Of a DNA stretch of 64,000 bases, positions 37,060 through 48,632 are shown piece by piece. A program made the translations under genes and the position numbers. The stretch lies in assembly GCA_013239625.1 (NCBI GenBank), contig MU053216.1, positions 1,638,943-1,702,942 on the forward strand, given 5' to 3'. The DNA comes from Lama guanicoe (Eukaryota). Within the stretch, counting starts at the first letter, position 1, and every line of letters starts with the position of its first letter. The notes under the pieces are model-generated. The model saw nothing but the letters and a program-made list of their open reading frames with translations. It was not told the origin of the DNA and ran no database searches.

Positions 37060-38160
37060 AAAGAGCCCCAAATTTTATAAATAATAACATTGGTATCCAT
37101 GCAATGAGAATAGGATACTGGTAAAAGAAAAGAGAAAATTCAGAGAACAAAACAGAGTTTTTGAAAATTAAAAAAAATACGGTGTGGCAAATTAAAACCT
37201 CAATAAAAGATAAGGAGATAAAGTTGAAGAAATACTGAAAAAGCAGGGAAAAAAAGATCAAAAAATGGAATGGGAAGAAAAAAAGAAAATTAATGATTCT
37301 CTCCAGGAAATCCAACTTTCCAATAATAGAGTGTTTAAAGGGGGAGGGGACGGAGAAATTAGAGGAAGGAAAGGAAATTATCAAAGAAATAATTTAAGGA
37401 AATTTCCCAAACATGGAAGATAAGCATTTCCAACAAGGACCTACTGTGTAGCACAGCCAAGAATATACGCATACACCTACACGGCCATTGCGTACAATGT
37501 AGACAACATCTGAAAGGAAAACAATTTATCTTGTAAGAACCTGTCATGGAAAAGCCATCTACACACATATGTATATAACTGAATCATTTTGCTGTACATT
37601 TGAAGCTAACACAATATTGTAAATCAACTATACTTCAATTTAAAAAAAGTTTTTTAAAGAGAAGGAAAAAAAGAGCTCTCAAACTGAAAGGGCCTCCCAT
37701 GCCCCACTCGGTGAACGAGTCTTCACCTACACCAAGGACATCATTAATATGTGGAACTAACATAATACTGCAGATCAGCTAAACCTCAATAAAAATAAAT
37801 AAATAAAATAAAGTTTAAAAATAAATCAATTTAAAAAATCATCAAGCACTGGGAATAATGAGGAACAAGCCCACATATAGAACGAAGTAGGTTTCACGAA
37901 AAGGGTCCGGTACAAGTCTGGCATTCAGGTCCTCAACAGCAGCCCTAGAAGGTAGAAGACAACTGACTTGATTTGCCTTCAAACTTCTGAGGGAAAACCA
38001 CTTCCAAACTAGAATTCCATACTACCTACTGCACAGGAGGGAAAAACAGAGACATGCTGAGATATGTGGGGTTGAACTTTGCCTCGTGCTCACCCTCTCT
38101 CAGAAAGCTACTGAAGGATGTGTTCCAACAAAATGAAGGGGTAAACCCAGAGAAAGAAGA
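37060..38160 (+). mobile_element. Ancient L1/HAL1 ORF1-like relic with a younger L1 3' end inserted at about 37431-37650
   Basis: A-rich purine-biased sequence with GAAATTATCAAAGAAATAATT..AAATTTCCCA and GCCTTCAAACTTCTGAGGGAAAA..CTAGAATTCCATAC; insert begins CAACAAGGACCTACTGTGTAGCACAG and ends AACTATACTTCAATTTAAAAAAA. Confidence 0.65.
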
Positions 38161-39819
38161 GTGAGGGGTCACTGAGTCGAGCGGGGCTAAAGAGAGCCAA
38201 AGTTACATTTTCCAGTGTGGAAAGGCCACAGATGGAGTGAAAACTGAAAACTAGGAAGCAACAATATAAGCATACCATTTAGACATATTGAGTTGAATAC
38301 AAACACACTCAGATAAAAGAGTAAAAAGATCAGTCACTTCTGGGGAACGGGAAATTAAGAGGTGGAGGTCAACGTCTGGTATTACAGGTCTTGCAGAACC
38401 ATTGGACTCGATAAGCCATGTGGACATATAACTTTGAAAAGAGCAAAAATTAAATTTAAAAGTTAACACAGTGTCATTCCTCGCAGAAGGGAAGCATGCT
38501 ACTACGATTTGAGTATGCCGCCTTCTGAGGACGTGAGTTTATGCAGAAACAGCACCCAGAGAATCTAGGAACAGTTGACAGACATCCCAGATACCATCTC
38601 CCACAAATATCAGGCGTCTCAGAGAGGCCTCTGGGGAGTGCTGGGCTGCAGTCAGCGGATGCCTGAAACCCTGTCAGGTGCTTGGAGAGCAGGTACTCTG
38701 GGTTGTTGACGGAAGGGCTGCCAAAGGGCTCCGGTGCCAAACACGTAAGGCAGAGCCGTCTTTCCTGTGTCACACCCAGAACTTCTGTGCTGCTGCAGGC
38801 TGTGTGTCAGCACCCATGCACACGGATGCGGGGGCGGCGCACACGCAAGAATGCTTCTGGATATTTTCAGAGCTGGATCTGGGAGCCCAGAACCTTGCTG
38901 CGGTCACACAGAAGCCATCACTTCGGCCTGAAGAAGCAGCCCTAACAGAGCTCTCGAGAAGTCAGCCACAAAGGCACTCCCAAGGGTCTGAGAGTCATTC
39001 CATCCCCGTCTCACGGCTGCTTGAACGTTAAAGCCGTCCCCCCGGACACAGCGCTCCTGGCAATGTACTCGACGCCACGTGGCTGCTTCCTGCTCTACGA
39101 AGTCAGTGAGGTTTTTTTTAGATAGTTTAATGTGATTGTATCATACGTAAAAACACTGTTCTGGGAAGGGACCATGAGCTTCACAAAATTGCCAGGAGTC
39201 CACAGCGGAAAAAAGGTCAAGAACGCCTTCTACCCGGGTGGGAGAGAGCTGTCCAGGCCGCCAGCCGAGCGGCCGAAGCTGACTCGGTTCATGGATCAGC
39301 TGTTATTTCATTTGACTAGAAAGCAAACAGAAAACGAGGACCCTACCACGAAGCCTTATACCCTTTAGGAACGAAGGTTCTTTCCCCGATTTCAGCAGTG
39401 GCGTTACACCACAAGATCTGAAAAGCAATCGTGAACAGTCCAGCACTCAGGGGCAGGCGAGCCACTGTTTAAAGAGCCGAGGACCGGACGTCTGGTCGTG
39501 CCGCACAGATTCACACGACCGTCAGCTCTTCCTGGTGAAGGAAAACGGGATGCAAGCTATCAGGGAAACACTGCTCTTGAAAGCTCCTTAATTTTCTCAC
39601 AAGATTTGAGGTTGAGCCCAAAGATGTGTTGAGTGAAAAATTCAAGACACTTGGCAGAAATGGTAGACTTAGTTCCACCTTTTAAAAATGGGTTAGATGA
39701 GGTTGTAAGTCCATCTTAGGAATTTGTAATTATATACTATCTTCTGTAAGAAATTCACCATTAGTTTTTGGTCGGCCATATAAAGTAAGTGAAGATGATA
39801 ACTTCATGTGTAAAAGAAA

Positions 39820-39970
39820 GGGGGAGGGTCCAGCTCAGTGGCAGAGCACATGCCTGGCATGCACGAGGTCCTGGGTTCAATCTCCAGTACCTCCATTAAA
39901 TACATAAACCTAATTACCACCCCCGACCTAAAAAAAAGCAAGCAAAAAAACCCCTCAAAACAACAAAAAA
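39820..39970 (+). mobile_element. tRNA-Ala-derived SINE (vic-1-like)
   Basis: GGGGAGGGTCCAGCTCAGTGGCAGAG...GGGTTCAATCTCCAGTACCTCCATTAAA...AACCTAATTACCACCCCC. Confidence 0.92.
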
Positions 39971-41312
39971 ATTTTTTAATGAACAACAAAAAAGTAATTT
40001 ACAAAGTATACAGTACTATGAAAATGTCTACAGTGAGGAAATTGCCAGGAGCTGGAACAGGGAACTTACACGGGCCGGCCTCAGGCATTCTGGCTCCTAG
40101 AGACACTAGGACCAGGGCGAGGTTTACGGGGGTTTCCAAACAGTCTGGACTTGGGCCACCTTATTGCTGATTTTTTAAAATTTCATACTTATTCCTTCCT
40201 TCAAAAATTTGTTTTCTTTTTGGTATATGTATAATACACCACCAGATTTTGCACTGTATGGGTCAGGGGGGAGCCCCTGATGGGCAGGTCTGGAGACTAG
40301 AAATCTCCAGGCAACTGAATACCAGGCAACTGAAGCATCAGCAAAACATGTTCACGGCACGCGCATAACGCTGTTTGTTTAAGGAGCGTTAAGTCCTGCC
40401 TGATGGAGTCCAGCCTGAAGGCTACCTCGGGCCTGCTCAGCACCTTGAACTGAGAATCTACTGAACTATATACTCCAAGTCCAAGTGGTGTGTGTTCGTT
40501 CCCAGGACCACAGCTGGCTTTGGCAGACGACATGATTTGATTCAACGTGCCAATACTTTTAGGTTTTCTTTGTTTTTCGAAATTTTCAACAGACCATGGC
40601 AATTACTCAGTGAATTTGTTTGCCTGGAACAATTTACCCGAATTTCACGAAAGAGGTGACTGCTGCCTTCTCTGGGTTTATATCAACAACTCGTCTCCTC
40701 CACGTTCTGTCTCCAGACGGCACAGTAGCACAATCCCCATCCTCCTTCAATGGTCCGTGTCATTATCTTCCAGACACAACAGGAAGTGTGGACAACGTCG
40801 TGAGCTCTGATCTTCTGGGAGGTTCTGGGAAACTTAGCAGGTTGTGAGTTTCTGCAAAAATGTTAAGCTACTTTTGCAAGGATTCGTTCCTGGAAATGTC
40901 TAGTGACATCTTCAAATGAAAGTGGATTTGTAACAGACATAGTCTACAAATCATTAGCAGGGCAGTCACTCTGGGTATTTCAGATTCATTAGGTTTTTAA
41001 TGTTCATGGGGCCATTTTTATATTATTTAAAGGGGCAGTTCTGATTTTAAAAGAAACACAAGCCTACTGGCGAAACAAGACAAGGAAAGAAAAAAAAATT
41101 CAGGAAAAGGACATCTCCTTAAATTTTACCACAGAGTAGAAACATCTAGCTGTATTTCTGCCCAGTTTTTCTATGTGTATTATTGTATCATTGTGATTAT
41201 ACTGCGATACAAATTTATATGCAGATTTTTGTCATTTAACAGCCGAAAATATTTATTGTCCCATACTATTAAAAATCTTTTAAAATCTATTATTAGAAAA
41301 GGTATTTCTGAG

Positions 41313-41463
41313 AGGGGGAGGGTATAGCTCAGTGGTAGAGGGCCTGCCTAGCACACACAAGGTCCTGGGTTCAACCCCTCGTACCTCCATTAAAGTAAAT
41401 AAATACACGAACAAATAAATAAACCTAACTGCCTCTTCCCCCAAGAAAAATTTAAAAAAGAAA
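41313..41463 (+). mobile_element. tRNA-Ala-derived SINE (vic-1-like)
   Basis: GGGGAGGGTATAGCTCAGTGGTAGAG head; TSD-like AAAAGGTATTTCTGA / AAAAGATATTTCTGA. Confidence 0.92.
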
Positions 41464-42273
41464 AAAGATATTTCTGATAAGAAAAATAGAAATTTGGGAA
41501 AGTATATGGTAGTACACAGAAAGCAAAAACTACCTGTGATCCTACAGCTCAAAATAATCATATTAATACTCTGCCATAGTCCCTCCCTTTCTCTTTAGAT
41601 GCGTTTTCTTTTCCATAGCTGAGAGAATGCATCTTTATCCTGTTTTTCTTCACTCAGGTATCTTGAGTAGTTTCTCACATGATTAAAACCTTTTCATTAA
41701 AATTATCTTTAGTGCCTGAAAGCGTTCCATCGTATCAATACACCTGCACTGAGATCAATCTATCATATACCAACAGACCACAGTTGGCTTAACCACTCCT
41801 CTCCTCAGGGAAGGCTTTTCCTGACAGGTAATTCTTTCCTTGAGGAATACAGGAGTTTTGAATTTTATGTTAATTTTCAAGAAACAACTACATAGCTTGA
41901 GAAATTCACATCAAAGCTACAAAAGAGAAAACAGGTCGTTATAAATACGGGGTCAAGACGCAGTCATTCTAAACCACAGTAACGTGCTCAGCTTTAAATA
42001 TCTGCCGCGCCTACATGTTTCCCACCTTTTCCAAAGAGGGCCTGAGAGGGTTTACAGAGAGACTCAGAAACTAGGACAAAGGGAGAAGGTGCCAAAGGCA
42101 GGCCGCACATTTGATTCTGAGCATCCAGCAGCCAGAGCAAATTAACTTTGAGTCACAGTTTCCTTACAATGAAAAGCAAGTTCAGCACAGAAAGGCAGTT
42201 CACCTGGTATTGGGACTGAGACCCAAGGGAACTCTTTTCTTTTCTTTTTACTGATAGCCTTATGCTTAGCCTC

Positions 42274-42405
42274 TTTTTGGGTTTTTTTGGGGGGGGGTGA
42301 TTAGCTTTTTAAAAAAAATTTATTAATTTTTTAATGGAGGCACTGGGGATTGAACCCAGGACCTTATGCATGCTAAGCTTTGTCACTAGGCTATACCTTA
42401 CCCCG
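42274..42405 (-). mobile_element. tRNA-derived SINE
   Basis: TTAATGGAGGCACTGGGGATTGAACCCAGGACCTTATGCATGCTAAGC is the reverse complement of the SINE head. Confidence 0.88.
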
Positions 42406-42525
42406 CTAAGGGAATTCTTTATAAAAGAGTCAGGATACAGGCATGGTGCTGAGTCTAGGAGACAAGGGGGTCTGGGTCCCAGATTTCGCTTTACTGCCAA
42501 CCAGCAATACAAATTGGGTAAGTCA

Positions 42526-43180
42526 CCATACGACCCAGGAAGCCCACTCCTGGGCTTATATCCAGAAGGAGCCCTACTTCAGGATGACACCTGCACCCCA
42601 ATGTTCATAGCAGCACTATTTACAATAGCCAAGACATGGAGACAGCCTAAATGTCCATCAACAGGTGACTGGATAAAGAAGCTGTGTTATCTTTATACAA
42701 TGGAATACTACTCGGCCATAAAAACCAACAACATAATGCCATTTGCAGCAACATGGATGCTCCTGGAGAATGTCATTCTAAGTGAAGTAAGCCAGACAGA
42801 GAAAGAAAAATACCATATGAGATCACTCATATGTGGAATCTAAAACAAAAACAAAAAAACAAAGCATAAATACAAAACAGAAACAGACTCATAGGCATAG
42901 AACACAAACTTGTGGTTGCCAAGGGGGCGGAGGGTGGGAAGGGATAGACGGGATTTCAAAATTGTGGGATAGACGGGATTTCAAAATTGTAGAATAGATA
43001 AACAAGATTGTACTGTATAGCACAGGGAAATGTACACAAGATCTTGTGGTGGCAAACAGAGAAAAAAAGTGACAATGAATATATGTATGTTCATGTATAA
43101 CTGAAAAATTGTGCTCTACACTGGAATTTGACACGACATTGTAAAATGATTGTAGATCAATAAAGAATGTTAAAAAAAAC
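42526..43180 (+). mobile_element. Young 5'-truncated L1 with perfect 16-bp TSD
   Basis: Open ORF2 C-terminus (PYDPGSPLLGLYP...MEYYSAIK...FAATWMLLENVILSEVSQ...LICGI*), 3' UTR, AATAAA and A tail; CAAATTGGGTAAGTCA at 42510-42525 and 43181-43196. Confidence 0.95.
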
Positions 43181-44399
43181 CAAATTGGGTAAGTCATTTA
43201 CTCTTACAGCCTTTATTTCTGTCATTTAATGGTCACTTTTGAGGACCTGCTATGTGCCACTGAGATTACAAAAGCGAGTAAGAAGTCTGTGTCCTGAGGG
43301 AGCACAGACCCTGGAGGGGAAGACATGCATTGAAGCTGCTTGTTTGAAAACTTGGCAGAAAAGTTATAGCAAAAGTGTAAACAAGTCTGTGAACGTCCCA
43401 TCTCACGTCGCTGATGTTCCGGTTAATCCAGACACCAAATAGCACCTTCTGTAAAGTTCCATTCTGCTGGTCAAGATCAATGTCCCGAGTTAGGGCATAT
43501 TAAAATGCTAACAGGACTGAATTGGCTAGAGAGTCAGGAAGCTCCGTAACTGGGGCTGCTAACTGCATCACAGAGAAAGCTGAGCATGCACGTAAGAGAA
43601 CAGCCAGGTGTTCTCACTCGCTTTTGTAATTATAATGTGGGTTGTTTTGCAACATCTGTTCCATCAAAGAGTTATATGCTTTGTTGGAACACCAGTCCTC
43701 TCTATTTCTTTCTTTCCCTCCATCCCCTCATGTACTTTTCCAGCAAAATAGTCTGGCGAAGCTCTCTTCTGTGTCCACACAATGCCCCCACCATCCACAT
43801 TGTTGCAAACCTTCCTTCCCTGTTTCTCCCTCAAGTTTAAAAGTCCCATTCCCTTGGCACTGATTTTGCTTTGGTTCCCTGTGTCTGGTCAATAACCTTT
43901 AGAGCTTTTTTTCTGAAGAACACGTTCAGGCTTTTTGCTCGCCTGTCCTCACTGACAAGACTTGTCTGCATTCCGGGAAACGCTGGGATTTCCTGGTGTC
44001 TTCCTCATGTGGTTCTCTGCTTGTCTCCCCCACCCCCCTTCTAATTATTCATATGCATCTTTACATTATTAGCTTCCCCCGTGATGTAATTCTTAGAATT
44101 CCTTTAGTGACTCTGCCATTTTTCCAGAGTAAACAACTACTTTGGACTTAACGGAAAACTACAAAGACTCTAATCAGGATTTTCCGTCCAAGGAGGTTTT
44201 TTCACATAATCTTTGTCTCTTGGCACGAGACCCCTCGTGGGTCACTATGACAGTCCCTCCTCTTACAGGACTCAGACTCCCACTTCACCAGGGACCCTCA
44301 GACACTCGACTTTGCACGCCCTGACTCCACGGTGCACACGCACCGTGCTCCTGCACTTCCTGCACAGAGGCAGGCGCATTCTGCTCTCCCACTGAGCTG

Positions 44400-44947
44400 T
44401 CAGTCCTGGGGCGAGCGGCCGTGTCTGCAGTAAACCCTGTGCGGGGCAGCCGGTGACTGTTTCTGACCGACCCCCTCCCTCCTGGCTCCGGCCTAGGGGT
44501 CTGAATGGAAGAGGTCCTCTTCTTCTGCAGTCTTGCTTTTCTGGCCACAGGGACAGGCCTGTAAACCAGTGCAAGCCAATCACAGCAGCCCGCCCCTTAG
44601 ACCACTGGGACTGGGCCACCGAGGGACACGTGACACAAACAGGCCAGGACCCTCTCTGATGGTTTAAGGCAGAAAAGCCATTTGCCCCTTGTGTGTGGAG
44701 CTGTAGGAATCGGAGCCCGGACCTGTCGGGCACAGCGTCTTCCACCAGAGGAAGATGATCTGGGAGAAGCTGAGAGGCAGGCAGACAGAGAATTCTTCGC
44801 ATTCCTGAAATTTAAATATTCAACTATTTACTCAATTCTGATAGCTGCCCCAGCATCCATTCAATAAACCTCCTCGCCTTTTATGTGTTTCATGTGGCTT
44901 GAGCTGGGTTTCTGTTATTTGCGACCAAGAGGGTCCTGACTTATATA
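44400..44947 (+). mobile_element. Ancient ERVL-class LTR (LTR16/LTR33-like)
   Basis: GCCAATCACAGC, GGACACGTGACACAA, CAATAAACCTCC and terminal GAGCTGGGTTTCTGTTATTTGCGACCAAGAGGGTCCTGAC typical of old ERVL LTR 3' ends; 5' boundary uncertain. Confidence 0.6.
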
Positions 44948-45261
44948 GTATTTAAATAAATTCTGAAGACCCTGTAGCACAGATCTGTAAAATGGTAACC
45001 TGCACATATGGCATATATTCTACCATCTCTGGCCAGTCATCTTAACTTCAAAAAAGCTTCAGAAGAAATTTTTTGTTGCCAAAATTCTTTAAATTCTGCC
45101 CTGAAATTCTTCCTAATTTGCTTACTCCCTACAGCCTTTTGGTTGTAACATCTGAAAATCATCACAAGATAGAATTCAGTTGGTCTTCAAACAAGGCGGA
45201 CTCCATCCTCTCTAAAGTTAAACAGACTCTCATATTTGCTAATTATCCCTTAACACACCAC

Positions 45262-45423
45262 CTACTATGTACAAAATAAATAACCTGCAAGGATATGTTG
45301 TCCAAGGAATACAGCCAATAGGTTATAACTACCAATGGAGTATAATCTATAAACATTTTGAATCACAATGTTGTACGCCTGAAATGAATACAATATTGTA
45401 AACCAGCTATGCCTTAAAAAAAA
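45262..45423 (+). mobile_element. L1 3'-end fragment
   Basis: CTACTATGTACAAAATAAATAAC...GAATCACAATGTTGTACGCCTGAAA...ATATTGTAAACCAGCTAT plus A tail. Confidence 0.75.
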
Positions 45424-45885
45424 GTGGTTTATTTTACATAACAAGTATGTACAGAATGCATACTTTGAGCTAGATGTGAGCTAAAAATTTAGCTCATTTG
45501 ATTCCCTTAACAAATCTCCAGGGTAGGTACATTGTTATCGCCATTTACAATGAAGTAATTGAAACACAAAGAGATGGAGTAATTTGCCCTAAGTCACAGA
45601 TGTAGTGCACTGTGGAGCTGGAATGAATTCTTAAAGTTTATTGTGCATCAGAACGACTGGGGTGTGTGCTAACAGTGCAGATTCCTGGGACCTATTTACT
45701 AATTCAGAACCAGACCAAGAAAAGTTCAGACAGCTCTTCAGATTTTTTTACATTTACCAAAACATTCTGATCTCTCCTTGGCAACCTTTAGTGATCTCAA
45801 ATTTGGTTGAGAATACATTTCATCTTCTTTGAATTTTGTAGTAAAATGCGATTCTGTCACATGTGGATCTGATATTGAAATCACT

Positions 45886-45985
45886 GGGGCAGGGCGTATA
45901 GCTCAGTGCTAGAGCGCATGCTTAGCATGCATGAGGTCCTGAGTTCAAGCCCTGGTACCCCCTCTAACAGAAAAGAAAAAATAAA
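45886..45985 (+). mobile_element. tRNA-Ala-derived SINE (short tail)
   Basis: GTATAGCTCAGTGCTAGAGCGCATGCTTAGCATGCATGAGGTCCTGAGTTCAA. Confidence 0.88.
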
Positions 45986-46974
45986 GTGTATTGACCTTGC
46001 TTCAATAAACAGCACCAAACATACATCCTTCAGGCATTCACTAGACACCTCGGTCTTGAACTGCCATTCAGCTCATTGCAAAGGAACAGGTATCTGAGAC
46101 AGACTTGACCAGAGATCACTCTTACTAGCCCATCCTTTGGTGTTTATTCTCACTCTGCCATCCAGATAAAACAAATCCACAAGCCTGAACCTCGTTACTT
46201 TGCTTCTCGTGGAAATGCTTTCAATCTTTCTCGATTAACAAGCTCTCCATTCAATGCTCATCTTGCCGCGGTCTGGGTAAGGTCCACCCCCTGTCCCCGC
46301 TCCCCGCCCCGTTGCTTCCACAGCCACTATGTCTGAGGTCACCCGCAGCCACCTGGAGAAAGCATGAGGCAGAGGTGCAGGAGGCGTTCTCCAGAGCCAG
46401 GCCAGCTCAGTGCACAGCCTGCCTCTGCCACCTCCCGGCCCCGGGAGCTGTGCCCAGCCCCCTGTGTTACTCATTGTTCCCATCTGCAAAATGGGTGTAA
46501 CTGTGCACCTGCATCCTAGGGTGACTGAGGAACGAGTGGGGTAATGCTTGTCAGGTGATGAGAACGGCGCACACAGTCCGCATTCAACACATGCTATTTG
46601 GCGGCGCTTCAGTTCCATTGAGGGCAAATTAGTTCATGACTCTGTCCTCCTTGCCTGACATACAGAAGGGACTCAGATACTAATGGAATGACAAATCACT
46701 CCCGAATTCAAAGGCGTTTCAGGTCGTCTTACTTGATCTTCCTGTGACAACGGGTCAAACACTCACCAGCAATCACCTCTCCCGTGTGCCAGGATCTGTG
46801 CTAAGCACTCTTAACTCATTTCATCCCCACAACAGTCCTGTGAGGCAGCTACACACTGTGCGCCTTTCACACATGGTGAAAGTGAGGAACAGAGACGTGG
46901 AGCACTCTGCCCAACCTCACACAGCTAGTCAGTGGCGGACAAGGACTGGAGCCCTTTAACCTGTGTTTGCCGCT

Positions 46975-47900
46975 AGTCATTTCTTCCTCCTTGGAACTCT
47001 CTCTCCTTGGCTTCCATGAAAACACCCTCTTTGAACCTCTCTGACTCCTCCTTCATGGGTTCTTTCCTTTTCGCTCCTCTCTCAGCAGAGATGGCCCGTC
47101 CCAGGACGCGCCCACGGCCGCTGCCGCTGCTGACGTGCCGGCACGTTCACCCAGCGGACGGTCTGCTTCTGCCTGTGCTCTGATGACTCCCAAGTCCGTC
47201 TCTATGCCAGATAGCCTTCCTGAGGCTCACACTTCTGTGTCCAGTCGCTCCAGACCACACTCACATTCAACACATACAGAATAATAAATTCATTATTTCC
47301 CCCAACAAACGTACATTTTTTTCCCATTTAACTCTCTAGCTTAGGAAATGGTACCATCCGCTCCCCCATCACTGAAGCCAGAAATCTGAGCATCACCTGT
47401 AACTCAGCTCTCCCCTGCTCCCCCACACCCAGTCAGCGTCACGTGCATTTGACGGTATCTCCCAAGCACCTCGGTGTCCTCACCACCACTTCCTTGGTCC
47501 TGGCTCTCTCAGTCCTAACTGGTTGCCCTGCCTCTAATCTGTGTCAGCCCTTCTCCCTGACCGCTACTAGAGTTCATTAGAAACAAAACAACGAAACAAA
47601 AAACTCATGACATCACTTTACTGATTAGAACTCTTTAAGGAGCCCACTTTCCCTGGAGATTAGCTGAACTCCTCGACGTGATGCGCATGGCCGTTGCCGA
47701 TCGGGTCCTGTCCCTCCCTGGTCTCACCAGCTTCCCCTCCCTCCCCTGGAGACCACCTGCTCCAGCCACTCGGAGCTCCGGGCAGGTCCCTGGACACCTC
47801 TGCGCTCTCACCCCACCGAGCTTTTCAGTCTCTCCCAGCTGCCTCCCCGATCACCCTTCCTGGCCCTTCAAGGATCAGATCTTCAGAAAAGTATCAAACC
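46975..47900 (+). mobile_element. Ancient L2 relic
   Basis: Pyrimidine-rich L2-like phrases (CTCCTTGGAACTCTCTCTCCTTGGCTTCCATGA; GATGACTCCCAAGTC; AAGCCAGAAATCTGAGCATCA). Confidence 0.6.
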
Positions 47901-48140
47901 AAATGCATAACACAAAAGAGGCCGTCCTTGCTAGACGCTGGCTCCCCTTCCACGGTCCACCCTCCTCCTGGCAAAAGCAGTTATTTGTCCTGTCGTATAA
48001 ACCGATGTTTCTTCTAGTCCACAAATCACAATGAATATACATTCATTTTAAAAATATAAGCTCACTCATTTAAAATAACCCCATTAACATCTTTTTTGGT
48101 TCATATTTGTTTTCATTTTTATGTTAAAGTAATAGGAATA

Positions 48141-48346
48141 AGCAAATATTAACTACTATGTACAAAAACAGGACAAGATTTTCTCCTGTCCAGCACAGGG
48201 AATTATATTCAGTATCTTGTAATAACCTTTAATGAAAAAGAATGTGAAAATGAGTATCTGTCTGTGTTTGCATGACTGGGACGTGATGCGGTGCGCCAGA
48301 GACTGACACAACATTGTAAACTGACTAGACTTCAATTAGAAAAAAA
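48141..48346 (+). mobile_element. L1 3'-end fragment
   Basis: CAGCACAGGGAATTATATTCAGTATCTTGTAATAACC...ACATTGTAAACTGACTAGACTTCAATTAGAAAAAAA. Confidence 0.88.
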
Positions 48347-48493
48347 TCGTAGGAAGAAAAAGCCGTCACAATCTTATCCTCAAATCAAATCAATGTTTCC
48401 TTTGTCCAGCGTAGGTTTAGATCTTATCGATGTGCCGATATTGCTATATTTCTAATAATATGCTCCACAGAATTTGTTGATAAGGTCATGCCT

Positions 48494-48632
48494 GTTTTTG
48501 TGGGTTTTAATTTTTTGGAGGGGAGAGGTAATTAGGTTTATTTATTTATTTTCTAATGGAGGGACTGGGGATTGAACCCAGAGCCTCATGCCTGCTAAGG
48601 GCACACTCTGATACTGAGCTATGTCCCGCCCT
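48494..48632 (-). mobile_element. tRNA-derived SINE
   Basis: GGTAATTAGGTTTATTTATTTA...GGGGATTGAACCCAG...CTGAGCTAT is the reverse complement of a complete SINE. Confidence 0.9.
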
